Source of the DNA: Candidatus Multivoradales bacterium
GTDB taxonomy: Bacteria > Acidobacteriota > Thermoanaerobaculia > Multivoradales > Multivoraceae
Direction of reading: 5' to 3'
DNA: 64,000 nucleotides
Assembly: GCA_965223325.1 (NCBI GenBank)
Contig: CBDCWI010000001.1
Coordinates: 544,001 to 608,000 of the forward strand
The notes beneath the pieces are model-generated. The model was not told the origin of the DNA. It saw nothing but the letters and a program-made list of their open reading frames with translations, and made no database searches. This document shows, in pieces, positions 19,701 through 29,031 of the stretch. The position numbers and the translations under genes are program-made. How positions within the stretch are numbered: the first letter of the stretch is position 1; each line of letters begins with the position of its first letter.

Positions 19701-22700
19701 TGGGCCAGCTCAGCCTTTTCGCGCTTGCACGCGGAACTCACCCAGGGGTTGCTCGGGCTCGCGCCGCAGGCCGCTATCGGCTACAGCTCGGGAGAAAGCA
19801 CGTCGCTATTCGCCACCGGTGCGTGGACCGACATCGAGGACATGCGCCGTGACATCGAGGAAGAAGGCCTTTACGACCCGGCACTCGGGGGCACCTTCGA
19901 TGCGGTCGCCGAGGCCTGGCGAAGCGGCCCACGTCCCGATTTCAAAGGGCCAGTCGAGTGGGCAGTGTGGAACGTGCTGGCGCCAGTCAACGAGGTGCGC
20001 GCGGCCCTCGCCGAGTTGCCGGCGCCGCTGGTGCACCTGGCGATCATTCACACCGCCTCGAACTGCGTCATCGCTGGCGACGAGGCGCTCGCCGAGGAAG
20101 TCGTCGAGCGCATCGGTCGTCGGCGTTGCCAGCGCCTTCTCTACGACATCGCCGCCCACGTGCCGGAGGTCGAGGCGTGGCGCGAGGCCTGGCTGCGCAT
20201 TCACCGGCGGCCGGTCACACCGGTTCCCGGAGTGCGCTTCTACTCCGCCGGCCGCAGGGGGGGATACCACGCCAACAGCGACGACTGCGCGCAGGCGATC
20301 CTAGAGCAGGCGATCGCCACGCTCGACTTCCCGCGCGTCATCGAAGATGCCTGGGCCGATGGCGTGCGTGTCTTCATCGAGCATGGGCCGCAAGCGGCCT
20401 GCTCGGGCTGGATCCGCGAGATTCTCGGCGAGCGTGCCACCGAAGCGGTGATCGTCGCCCTCGACCACGGCACGAGCTCTGAGGAGAAGACTACCGGCGA
20501 CCCGAACGAAGCCATCGCTCGCGGCTTTCTGCCAATCGTCAATGCCACCGGCGCTCTCCTGGCCGCCGGTGTCGATGTGAACGCCTCCGCGCTCGAGGAT
20601 GCGTTTTTCGAGAGAACGCTCGCAGCGTCGCCTGCCATGCGCGGGCAAGCGTCGGGCGCCGCATCGGGTCAGATGATGCGGGTTCCCGCGCACTGGCCGC
20701 CGGTACGGTTTCCGGAGCCCGGTGCCGAATGGATGGCACCGGCGCCCACGCTACCGCCGGTCGAAAAACAGAACAGTTTGCCGAAGGCGCTTCGACCCAT
20801 CGTGCCGGCGGTGCTCGAACCCGCCGCGCCGCCCGAGGAACTGCTGCGGGTTTCTCAGAACGTCTCCTTCAAAGAAGTTTCATCAGTTTCATCGAAAGAA
20901 GCGCTGGGCCCCTCGCCGTCTCCCTCTTCCACCGTTCCGCTGGTAGCGGCTCCTTTGCCGGGAGCCGCTTCGAGCTCCGCCTCTGCCCTCGCCACGACGA
21001 CCACTTCGGTCGCAGCAGCCCTCCCGATCCCAGCGCGCAGCTCATCGGCGATCACCGCCCTCGACCACATGACCCGGGTTCACCAACAGTTTCTCGAACA
21101 ACAGGCGACCGTGCATCAGCGCTTCCTCGAGACCCGCCTCGGCCAACCGCAGCAGCTCCCGCAGTCACAACCACGCCGGCTGCCCGCGTCACCCAAGCCG
21201 CCGCCCCCGAGCCCCACGAACGGGGCCGCTGGGGCCAAGCCAGTTGGCAGCCGGGTCGCACAGCCGACCCCTCTACCGCCACAACCAACCGCCTCGCCGA
21301 AAGCACCGGCGACAGCACAACGTGCTTCCGGGAGAGAACCCACCGGACTCGCTCTCGACAGAAAAGGTCTCGAGATCCACGCTTCGGGCCGCATCAGCGA
21401 GATCTTCGGTCCGCTGTTCGAAGAACAAGACGACTACCCTCGCCAGGTTCGCATGCCCGAACCGCCGCTCCTGCTCGCCGACCGCATGACCGGCCTCGAC
21501 GCCGAGCCCGGCGTTCATGGCACCGGCACCCTGTGGACCGAGACCGACGTCACCGAAGACTCGTGGTATCTCAACCGCGGTCGCATGCCGGCCGGCATTC
21601 TCATCGAGTCGGGCCAGGCCGATCTGATGCTGATCTCCTTCATGGGCGCCGACCTCCTGAACAAGAGCGAGCGCGTCTACCGCCTGCTCGGCTGTGAGCT
21701 CACCTTCCTCGATGATCTGCCCCGACCCGGGGAAACGCTCTGTTACCAGATCGAAGTCGACGGACACGCGGAGCAAGACGGCATTCGGCTGTTCTTTTTT
21801 CACTATGACTGTCACGTCGCCGGGCGCCCGCGCATCCAGGTTCGCGGCGGGCAGGCGGGCTTCTTCTCCGACCTCGAGCTCTCGCGCTCGGCTGGCATCC
21901 TGTGGACGCCCGAAGACGCCGACCCCTGTGCCGAGCCGCGCCTCGACCCGCCCGACGTCGTGTGCACGCGGTCGTCGTTCAGCCAGGAACAGGTCGAAGC
22001 GTTCGCTGCTGGTCGACCCTGGGACTGCTTCGGACCGGGCTTTGACCTTACGCGTACCCATTCCGACACGCCCACCATTCAAGGTGGCGACATGCTGTTT
22101 CTCGACACGGTCAGCCAGTTCGACCTGAGCGCTGGCCCCTGGAAGCGCGGCTACCTGCGCGCCGAAGCTGCGGTTGGCCCGAACGATTGGTTCTTTGCGG
22201 GCCACTTCAAAGGTGACCCCTGTATGCCCGGCACTCTGATGTTCGAGGGCTGCGTGCAGGCACTGTCTTTCGCCATGGCCGGGATGGGATTCACCACCAC
22301 CCGAGACGGCTACCGCTTTCAACCGGTTACCGGTGAACCGATCGCAATGCGCTGCCGCGGCCAGGTGACACCCGAGTCCCGAGAGCTCACCTACGAGGTG
22401 TTCATCGAAGAAGTGATCGCCGGCCCGAGGCCCAGGATCTACGCGGATCTTCTGTGCACCGTCGATGGGTTGAAGGCTTTCCATGCGCGTCGCGTGGGGC
22501 TCGAGTTGGTTCCTGACTGGCCGCTCGAGAGCAACCCGCGCCTTCTCGAGGCGCTCCTCGAGGAGGCGGCTCGGCACCCCGGCGCTCAGCACGACAAACC
22601 AGCCGCGCAAGCTGAGAGCCCCGACGGAACGGTGCACACCTTCGGCTATCCGTCGTTGCTCGCCTGCGCCTGGGGAAGGCCTTCTAAGGCTTTCGGGCCG

Positions 22701-25700
22701 ATCTACGAACGCTTCGATAGCCCCCGCCGGGTTCCGAGATTGCCCGGGCCGCCGTACCACTTCATCTCGCGGGTGCTCGAAATCGAAGGTGAGATCGGAG
22801 CGATGGAATCGGGGTCGACGGTCACCGTCGAGTACGACGTGCCCGAAGACGCCTGGTACTTCGACGACAACGGCAGTCGCTCGATGCCCTACGCTGTACT
22901 CCTCGAGGCGGCCCTCCAACCCTGTGGCTGGCTGGCGAGCTACGTTGGCTGTGCCCTCTCCGTCGATGTCGACCTCGCATTTCGCAACCTCGACGGCACG
23001 GGCACCGTTTTCCAGGAGATCTTCGATCACCTCGACGGTGAGGCCCCGAACACCCTTCGTACCGAAGTCGAGCTGACCAATATCGCCAGTCAGGCCGGCA
23101 TGATCATCGTCTCGTTCGATGTCACTTCTTTCGTCGGCGGCGAGACCGCTTACACGATGGACACGGTGTTCGGGTTCTTCCCACCCGAAGCGCTCGCCAT
23201 GCAGGTGGGCCAGGCGATCAGTGATGAAGAGCGTGCCCTGATCGGCCGCCGCGCCGAGAGGACGATCGAGCTCCGCACCGAACCCGAGCGCTACTTCGGC
23301 GGCTCACTGGGCTCCGGGTCTCTGGCCCTCGGTTCTTTGGCACTGGGACGCGGCAAGCTGCGCATGCTCGATCGCATCACCGGCTATTGGCCCGATGACG
23401 GCGAAGCCGGTCTCGGTGTGGTGCGCGGCGAACGCGATGTCATCGCGGACGACTGGTACTTCAAGGCACATTTCTTCCAGGACCCTGTCCAACCCGGTTC
23501 ACTGGGCATCGAGGCGATGCTGCAGCTGCTCCAGTTCTACGTCATCGAGAGCGGCGTCGCCTCTTTTCTCGACCAGCCGCGTTTTGAGCCCATCGCTCTC
23601 GAGCAGCCGCTGACCTGGAAGTACCGCGGGCAGGTGGCGCCAGATTCCGAACGCATCACGGTGACGCTCGAGGTCACCGAAGTGCGGCGCGAAGAGGACA
23701 GCGTCGTCGCAGTGGCCAACTCGTCTCTGTGGTGTGACGGCTTGCGGATCTACAGTGCCGAGAACGTGGCGGTGCGCGCGGTCAGTGGGCCCGTACCTCA
23801 AAGCAAACGCGCCACGGCGTCGAACGCGGCCAGAGCAGTCGAGACCTCGCCTTCAGCAACAAGATCAAATGCCGCTTCCGACGTGACCTTCGAGAACTCA
23901 CACACTCTCGATCCCGCCGTCGATCTGTGGCTCGCCGACCACTGCCCTACCTGGGCGCGACCGGCGCTGCCGATGATGGCAATCGTCGATCTTCTGGCAC
24001 GCGGGGTGCCCGAGGAACTCACCGTGACCGGTCTGTCGGATGTCGCAGTCCGCGCCTGGATCGACTTCGAAGGGCCAAGAACGCTCTCCACCAAGGCACA
24101 GGCCATCGCGCCGGGCCGCTTCACTGTGCGTCTGCTCGCCAACGGCGACGACGGTACGCCGTTCGAAGCGGCCTCGGCGATCGTTGAAACCGGTGCGTTT
24201 GCCGAGCCACCACAGCCCAGCGCAACCCTCGAGGTCGGCGAAGCCCTGGTGGCACCCTATGCCGCTGGGCACCTCTTTCATGGACCGGCCTTCGAGCTCA
24301 TGCGCTCGGCGACCCTCGCCATCGAGGGCGCCTCGGCGCTCCTCGGCCTGGTCGCCAACGGCAGCGTTCAGGTGCCAGTCGGCCGGCTCAATCCCGGGCT
24401 CCTCGACGCGGCGCTGCACGCCATACCGCATGACCGTTTGCACTTCTGGTCGCGTGACATCGACCAGGACAAAGTCGCCTACCCCGCTCGCATTCCAAAA
24501 CTCGAGATCTTCGCGCCCACACCGAAACCAGGCAGTGACCCCGATGCCGACGAGGTGCGCGTCGAGGTGCGCTTTGACGGCTTCCTGGTTCGCCCCGACC
24601 TGCCACGCTTTCAGGTCGAGATCATCCATCAGGGTGCGGTGTGGGCACGCATGACCCTCATCGAAGCCTGTTTCCCCAAAGGAGCCCTGGGTATGGCTCC
24701 CCCGGCAGACCGGCGCGCCTTCCTACGCGACAAGCGCTACGTTCCGGGTCTGCGGCTCTCGACCACCGAGACCGACTCCTCGGGCCTGGTCACCACCCGT
24801 CTCGACCCTCGAGCTGTTGCGGCGAGCGATTGGATGCCGGGCACGATGGCTGCGATCTATGGCACCACCGATCCGCGACTGATCGCCAAGAAGGAACACC
24901 TCGCCGAGCGCTACGCGCTTCATCCACGCATCCTGCCGGAGGCCCTTCCTCTTCAAGCGGAGGCGGTGAAGGTCGACGAGCAGGCCGGGGCGGTCGTGGT
25001 TCGTGACAGCACGGGAGAAGACGGCCTGGCCCTCGAACTGAGCGGTGTTCGCGATCACTGGCGACGCCGTTTCGGTGTGCCGTCTCGCTGGCTCGGCGAA
25101 CAGATCGTCGAGGGCCTGCTCGAACGCTACGTCCGTCGCGTCGTTTTCAGCAAGCCGGAGGGCCACGCCGCCCTCGCCGGGAGAGGCGCGATCTTCGTCG
25201 CCAATCACCAGGTCCAGATCGAGTCGATTCTGGTCACTCACCTGCTCGGCGCCCTTCTGGGTCACGACGTCGTGACGATGGCCAATGCGAAGCACGAAGA
25301 GCGCTGGATCGGCTGGCTCATTCGTTGCCTTCAGTCCTTTCCTGGCATCTCACCCGACGCTCTGCCGTTCGAACCCATCGTCTACTTCGACCAGTCCTCG
25401 CCCGACTCGATGTTCGAGATCCTCGCCAGGATCGCACCCGACCTCGAGTCGGGCAAGCGCTCGTTCTTCTTCCACGCCGCCGGCACCCGCAGTCGACATG
25501 CGCCCGACCCGGTCACCCGGCTGAGCTCGGTGTTTCTCGACCTCGCGGTAGAGAACCAGCTTCCGATCGTGCCGATTCGTTTCACCGGAGGGCTCCCTGA
25601 GGAGCCGATTCTGGAGAAGCTCGAGTTTCCCGCCGGGCACGCGCGCCAGGACTACTGGATCGGTGGCCCCATCGAAGCCACCGAACTGGCAGCTCTCCCC

Positions 25701-25934
25701 TACGCCGAGCGCCGCGCCTTTGTCCTTCAGGCGCTCAACACGCTGGGTCCAGAAGGAGCCGAAGAGCGCCTCCCGGACCCGGAGTTCGAGGCCCGCGTCG
25801 AGGCTCTCCGGCAATCAGAGGATCTACCCGAAGTCGAAGCAACCCTGCGCGCCGTCCTCGAAGAACAGAGCATCGTTGAGCCCGCACCGGAAGCGGCAGC
25901 CTGGCAGGCCTCGGTCCTCGAGCGCTTGGGCTAG
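16788..25934 (+). CDS. pfa3: PUFA synthase PfaB/C-like fusion, myxobacterial Pfa3 type: KS-CLF-AT-FabA-like DH pairs-PKS-type DH-AGPAT
   Basis: ATG 16788 after AGGAG. KS DAACASS, ECHATGT, GHLIT. CLF with Cys replaced by Glu (SAEELSG). AT GYSSG. DH motifs FFAGHFKGDPCMPG and YFKAHFFQDPVQPG. PKS-type DH WLADHCPT..P. PlsC-like ANHQVQIES and GTRS. Confidence 0.92.
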   Translation: MTTKNNGAPNQERHAAVAPIAIVGRACVLPGALSPEALWEHIAAGSDLLGPAPPGRWSKERSNQSYLSDPDEDPVDRTWSDRGGYVEGFDEVFDPEGFGVVAAEIEGLDPLFQWTLHTAREALRDAGLAPGDDPTRRGAVLGNLSFPSASLAAFADRVWRGESAAEESPPTVDPRNRFHSGLPALLLEDALGLEAGAFALDAACASSLYALAFACDRLRAGEADVMLAGAVNCSDDLFIHIGFSALAALSRSGQSRPFHAEADGLVPAEGAAFVALERLEDAVAAGRRIHGVIRGIGLANDGRGKGFLVPASEGQVRAMENAYRQASLSPLDIDWFECHATGTTVGDGTELASLEALSAVAEEKSETTRSQQQPLGSLKSNLGHLITTAGLAGLIKVLEAMRAGVMPPTLHALHAHPALDGSRFRLLTEKEPWPAGEGPRRAAVSAFGFGGNNAHLVVEEWRPEALPTGQLPAQAIEPRHEDLAIVGIDVVTAASSARAETAFPDVLFGDSPGSVDRQMRDFLIDVRAAAIPPHDLSETLAQQLLMQECGSRAARAVSFDRERTGVFIGMGVDADIARYGARWRATESGDDQEAEAARSQIAPRLRSAGVLGTMPNVVANRLNRRLDIGGASCTVSAEELSGLRALELACAALRRGDLDAALVGAIDMSSEAVHRTAARSALDPPRRRAADAAVSLVIKRLADARRDGDHVHAVLSEYSGNAAPREPRGEDPEALVFGLDEGCALTPRFGHSHAASGLLHLAAAALAIEHGRRPGEDPREPWPTWRGARRARVVVQAMPTASAPGKRRSTMTWELAAPGGAKTAAGTQRPGTAQLLYVYDGADRAQVLSGLKAHRSCTAEEAPAAAAGARLVIAAEDRATFERRHARALRHLESGAPAGTGVHFRDSRVTGDLGFVFASAGTAYRGMGGDLLAALPGLAEESRERFGDLDRSLRWARRQEGEESNDNAERLWASSAFSRLHAELTQGLLGLAPQAAIGYSSGESTSLFATGAWTDIEDMRRDIEEEGLYDPALGGTFDAVAEAWRSGPRPDFKGPVEWAVWNVLAPVNEVRAALAELPAPLVHLAIIHTASNCVIAGDEALAEEVVERIGRRRCQRLLYDIAAHVPEVEAWREAWLRIHRRPVTPVPGVRFYSAGRRGGYHANSDDCAQAILEQAIATLDFPRVIEDAWADGVRVFIEHGPQAACSGWIREILGERATEAVIVALDHGTSSEEKTTGDPNEAIARGFLPIVNATGALLAAGVDVNASALEDAFFERTLAASPAMRGQASGAASGQMMRVPAHWPPVRFPEPGAEWMAPAPTLPPVEKQNSLPKALRPIVPAVLEPAAPPEELLRVSQNVSFKEVSSVSSKEALGPSPSPSSTVPLVAAPLPGAASSSASALATTTTSVAAALPIPARSSSAITALDHMTRVHQQFLEQQATVHQRFLETRLGQPQQLPQSQPRRLPASPKPPPPSPTNGAAGAKPVGSRVAQPTPLPPQPTASPKAPATAQRASGREPTGLALDRKGLEIHASGRISEIFGPLFEEQDDYPRQVRMPEPPLLLADRMTGLDAEPGVHGTGTLWTETDVTEDSWYLNRGRMPAGILIESGQADLMLISFMGADLLNKSERVYRLLGCELTFLDDLPRPGETLCYQIEVDGHAEQDGIRLFFFHYDCHVAGRPRIQVRGGQAGFFSDLELSRSAGILWTPEDADPCAEPRLDPPDVVCTRSSFSQEQVEAFAAGRPWDCFGPGFDLTRTHSDTPTIQGGDMLFLDTVSQFDLSAGPWKRGYLRAEAAVGPNDWFFAGHFKGDPCMPGTLMFEGCVQALSFAMAGMGFTTTRDGYRFQPVTGEPIAMRCRGQVTPESRELTYEVFIEEVIAGPRPRIYADLLCTVDGLKAFHARRVGLELVPDWPLESNPRLLEALLEEAARHPGAQHDKPAAQAESPDGTVHTFGYPSLLACAWGRPSKAFGPIYERFDSPRRVPRLPGPPYHFISRVLEIEGEIGAMESGSTVTVEYDVPEDAWYFDDNGSRSMPYAVLLEAALQPCGWLASYVGCALSVDVDLAFRNLDGTGTVFQEIFDHLDGEAPNTLRTEVELTNIASQAGMIIVSFDVTSFVGGETAYTMDTVFGFFPPEALAMQVGQAISDEERALIGRRAERTIELRTEPERYFGGSLGSGSLALGSLALGRGKLRMLDRITGYWPDDGEAGLGVVRGERDVIADDWYFKAHFFQDPVQPGSLGIEAMLQLLQFYVIESGVASFLDQPRFEPIALEQPLTWKYRGQVAPDSERITVTLEVTEVRREEDSVVAVANSSLWCDGLRIYSAENVAVRAVSGPVPQSKRATASNAARAVETSPSATRSNAASDVTFENSHTLDPAVDLWLADHCPTWARPALPMMAIVDLLARGVPEELTVTGLSDVAVRAWIDFEGPRTLSTKAQAIAPGRFTVRLLANGDDGTPFEAASAIVETGAFAEPPQPSATLEVGEALVAPYAAGHLFHGPAFELMRSATLAIEGASALLGLVANGSVQVPVGRLNPGLLDAALHAIPHDRLHFWSRDIDQDKVAYPARIPKLEIFAPTPKPGSDPDADEVRVEVRFDGFLVRPDLPRFQVEIIHQGAVWARMTLIEACFPKGALGMAPPADRRAFLRDKRYVPGLRLSTTETDSSGLVTTRLDPRAVAASDWMPGTMAAIYGTTDPRLIAKKEHLAERYALHPRILPEALPLQAEAVKVDEQAGAVVVRDSTGEDGLALELSGVRDHWRRRFGVPSRWLGEQIVEGLLERYVRRVVFSKPEGHAALAGRGAIFVANHQVQIESILVTHLLGALLGHDVVTMANAKHEERWIGWLIRCLQSFPGISPDALPFEPIVYFDQSSPDSMFEILARIAPDLESGKRSFFFHAAGTRSRHAPDPVTRLSSVFLDLAVENQLPIVPIRFTGGLPEEPILEKLEFPAGHARQDYWIGGPIEATELAALPYAERRAFVLQALNTLGPEGAEERLPDPEFEARVEALRQSEDLPEVEATLRAVLEEQSIVEPAPEAAAWQASVLERLG

Positions 25935-25944
25935 CTCCTAGCGA

Positions 25945-26898
25945 TCAGTTCGTGAGCCGCTTCCAGACGCCGCGCGACTCGGCGACGCTGTCCGCCCAGG
26001 GCGTCACGTACTTGGCAATCGCTGCCTGCATGCCCTCGAGATGCGGCGGGGTCATGAACGAACCGTGAGTGTAGCCACCCGTTGGCATCAACTGAATCGA
26101 CTTCGCAACCGCCGGCAGAGCGAGACCGAGTCGCGCGAGGTCCCAACGAATGAAAGCGGTGGCGAACCGCACGGTGGGGGTGTCGCGAAAGGGATGGTTG
26201 ATCACCCAACCGACGAACTCACCCTTGTAGCGGATACCGAGACTGGTGTGTTTGCACGCCATCTCAGGGGTAAAGAGCCAGAAACACAGGGCGTCCGGGA
26301 TCCACTTCTCCTGGGCGTTCTTCTCCCTGGCCGCGAGCTTCTCGGCTTCCTCGATGTCGGACCAGGGCACCGTCTCATAGTTCCGGACGCGCGGGAGCTT
26401 GCGTAACCACGGCGCTTCGAGAATGCGGTCTTGACGAAACCTGGCGGTGGCGAAGCGGAACTCCGGAGGCTCGCAACCGAGGGCGAGGAGAAGCTCTTCG
26501 AGGTGAGCGATGCTCGGTTTGCCGGTCATGTAGGTGCCGAATACGACGGGTTGCTCGTTGTCGCGGAGAAACGCCTCGGCCTCCTCGAAGAGCATTCTGG
26601 CAACCCCCTGGCGCCGGAAGTCACGGCCGGCGAAGACCGACAGCACATCCGCGTTGCGCTGCATGTCGCGCTTCTCACTGGTCTCCTCAGGAAAGGAGCC
26701 CAGGAGGAGGCCGACCGGGCGTAGACCGTCGAAGGCGCCGAAGGCGAAAGGCTTCCGCGCGATCTTGTAGTCCGGCTGGGTTGGATCGTCGAGAACGTTG
26801 GTGAACCTCTCGAGATTCAGGAGATGGCGGTAGGCGGGAAAGGTGTAGCCTGCGAACTCGACCGCTTCGCTGGCGTTGAGTCGGCGCACCTCAACCAT
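25945..26898 (-). CDS. GNAT-family acyltransferase (about 317 aa, probably tandem GNAT fold)
   Basis: ATG 26898 overlaps the FAAL stop (ATGGTTGA). Motif A LSVFAGRDFRRQGVA and a second degenerate motif (FIRWDLARLG). YTFPAYR N-terminus, SLGIRYKG..VGW.I.H. Confidence 0.8.
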   Translation of the reverse strand: MVEVRRLNASEAVEFAGYTFPAYRHLLNLERFTNVLDDPTQPDYKIARKPFAFGAFDGLRPVGLLLGSFPEETSEKRDMQRNADVLSVFAGRDFRRQGVARMLFEEAEAFLRDNEQPVVFGTYMTGKPSIAHLEELLLALGCEPPEFRFATARFRQDRILEAPWLRKLPRVRNYETVPWSDIEEAEKLAAREKNAQEKWIPDALCFWLFTPEMACKHTSLGIRYKGEFVGWVINHPFRDTPTVRFATAFIRWDLARLGLALPAVAKSIQLMPTGGYTHGSFMTPPHLEGMQAAIAKYVTPWADSVAESRGVWKRLTN

Positions 26899-28981
26899 CG
26901 GAGGGCTCCGGCGTGCCAGCGGGAAAGCTCGTTGCCACCGCGAGCCCTGCCTCGTCGAGCACGTACCTGGCGATCGACTCGAGGCTGCCGCCCTCGAGCA
27001 AGAGGTCGACGTCGAGTTCGACTCCCAGTTGGTTCTCGACCTCATGACTGAGGTTCATGATCGCCACCGAATCGAGCCCGGTGTCGGCAAGCGGCGCGTC
27101 GGTCGCTACCTCACTGAGATCGACCTCGAGAGCACTGGCCAAGGAACGCTTGAGACTCTCCTCCAGAACCGCTTCGCGCTCTCCTGCCGGGTAGGCCGAC
27201 AGTTCTTCCAAGCCAAGGAGCCCGCCATCTTCCTCCGGTTCAGAAACGTCCTGAGCGATCACTTCGAGCGACCCGGCGAGGAACGCCTGCCGCGTCGCAT
27301 GACGCTGGATCTTGCCGCTCGAGGTCTTGGGAATCGTCCGCGCTTCGATCAGAACCACCGCATGCGGACGCAGCGCGTCTTCGCGCAAGAGAGTGCGCCT
27401 GATCGCGCCGATGACGTCGTAGGCATCCGTTCCTTCGAGTTCGCTCCGGCGAACTTCCTGAACGACGACCAGTTCTTCTGATTCGTCTTTTGCAACAGCA
27501 AAGGCAGCGCCACAACCTGGCCGCAGCACCTGGTGCGCTCGTTCGACCGTCGCCTCTACGTCCTGGGGATAGACGTTTCGACCGCGCAGAATGATCAGGT
27601 CCTTCACCCGGCCGGTGACGTAGAGCTCACCGTCGTGCATGAAGCCGAGGTCGCCGGTTCGGAGAAACGGCCCCTCGCCCGAGCTGAGCCGCGCTCTGAA
27701 CACCTCCTCGGTGTCCTGCGCGCGCTGCCAGTAGCCACGGGCGACGTTTCCGCCGCGCACCCAGATCTCGCCGATCTCGCCTGCATCGACTTCACGGTGC
27801 TCGTCGGAACCAACGATGCGTACGTCCTGGCCTGGCAGCGGTTCACCGCAACTGGTGAGCTCGATGGTCGCCACGTTCATGTCGGTGATTCGTTCGACAG
27901 GCGCCACCCTTCGTTCACCGAGCTCCTTACGCTTGACCACCAGAGTGTTATGCAACCGACCGATGTGTCCGCTCGAGATCGACAACACGGTCTCGGCCAT
28001 GCCGTAGCCCTGGAAGAAGGCGCGTTCATCAAAGCCACAGGGGGCAAAGGTTTCGGCAAACCTGGAAAGCGTCTGCGCCGAGATCGGTTCCGCGCCGACG
28101 AGAGCCATTCTCCACGAGGCGAGATCGAGACCAGCTCGGTCCTCTTCGCTGACGCGCCGGGTGCACAACTCGAAGCCGAAGTTCGGACCGGCGCTGAACG
28201 TCGCGCGGTAGCGATCGATCGCACGCAACCAGCGGGAGGGTTTCTGCAGAAAGTCCATTGGCGACATGAGAACCGAACGCGCGCCGACGTAGACCGGGTG
28301 GACGACACCGCCGATCAGACCGAGGTCGTGGTAGAAGGGCACCCAGGACAGGATGACGGTCTCTTCGTCGCTGCCCGAGCGCTCTCTCATCTGCTCCTGA
28401 TTGAACAACAGGTTGGCGTGGTCGATGACGACGCCCTTGGGCGAACCGGTCGATCCGGAGGTGTATTGCAGGAAGGCCACCGAGTCACCGCTCAGGTCGG
28501 GTTCCTTCCAGTTCGAAGAATCGCCCGTTGCCAGTTCGTCCGAGGCCAGCCAGTCGAGCCCGCTGAGCAGCTCGTCGTCCGGGAACATGAACGCCGCCAT
28601 TTGACGAATCGGCGACGTCGTCAGCACCGCGCCTGCGCTGGCGTCGGAGATGATCGCTTTGACCCGCGGTAACGTGCGGTCGATGCGGGCGGGATCAGGA
28701 GGATAGGCCGGAACCGCGATGGCGCCGGCATAGATCGAGGCGCAGAACGCCGCGACGAAGTCGAGGCCTGGAGGGTAGAGCAGGAGAACGGGGTTGCCCG
28801 TCGCGCCCTTCGCCTGCAGTGCAGCCGCGATCGCCAGGCACCGCTCTTCGAGCTCTCCCCAGGTGAGCGAGCTCTCCTTGCTCTCACCGTCCTCGAGGTA
28901 GGTGAAGGCGAGCCGGTCGGGGGTCACGCGCGCGCGCCGGCGCAGGATCTGCAGGAGGCTCGAAGCTTCGGTTTCAGACAT
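26891..28981 (-). CDS. Fatty acyl-AMP ligase fused to a C-terminal ACP (FAAL-ACP)
   Basis: From ATG 28981: FLQYTSGSTGSPKGV, SWVPFYHDLGLIG, GYGMAE followed by a FAAL-type insertion, FLRTGDLGF, GRVKDLIILRGRNVYPQD, PKTSSGKIQR. ACP motif GLDSV. Confidence 0.92.
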   Translation of the reverse strand: MSETEASSLLQILRRRARVTPDRLAFTYLEDGESKESSLTWGELEERCLAIAAALQAKGATGNPVLLLYPPGLDFVAAFCASIYAGAIAVPAYPPDPARIDRTLPRVKAIISDASAGAVLTTSPIRQMAAFMFPDDELLSGLDWLASDELATGDSSNWKEPDLSGDSVAFLQYTSGSTGSPKGVVIDHANLLFNQEQMRERSGSDEETVILSWVPFYHDLGLIGGVVHPVYVGARSVLMSPMDFLQKPSRWLRAIDRYRATFSAGPNFGFELCTRRVSEEDRAGLDLASWRMALVGAEPISAQTLSRFAETFAPCGFDERAFFQGYGMAETVLSISSGHIGRLHNTLVVKRKELGERRVAPVERITDMNVATIELTSCGEPLPGQDVRIVGSDEHREVDAGEIGEIWVRGGNVARGYWQRAQDTEEVFRARLSSGEGPFLRTGDLGFMHDGELYVTGRVKDLIILRGRNVYPQDVEATVERAHQVLRPGCGAAFAVAKDESEELVVVQEVRRSELEGTDAYDVIGAIRRTLLREDALRPHAVVLIEARTIPKTSSGKIQRHATRQAFLAGSLEVIAQDVSEPEEDGGLLGLEELSAYPAGEREAVLEESLKRSLASALEVDLSEVATDAPLADTGLDSVAIMNLSHEVENQLGVELDVDLLLEGGSLESIARYVLDEAGLAVATSFPAGTPEPSDG

Positions 28982-29031
28982 CAGCGGGGCCCTTGGGAGG
29001 CATTCGCACCAGCCTCCAAAGAGCGCTGACT

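Noticed and set aside
21273-23030. Long antisense ORFs (585 aa here; also 9716-10756, 27533-28672, 53111-54340)
   Set aside because: They are shadow frames of real high-GC genes and have no recognisable motifs.
28996-29017. Hairpin GGAGGC-N10-GCCTCC between S9 and FAAL as a terminator or RBS switch
   Set aside because: The stem is short with no U-tract, and the GGAGG is about 30 nt from the start codon.
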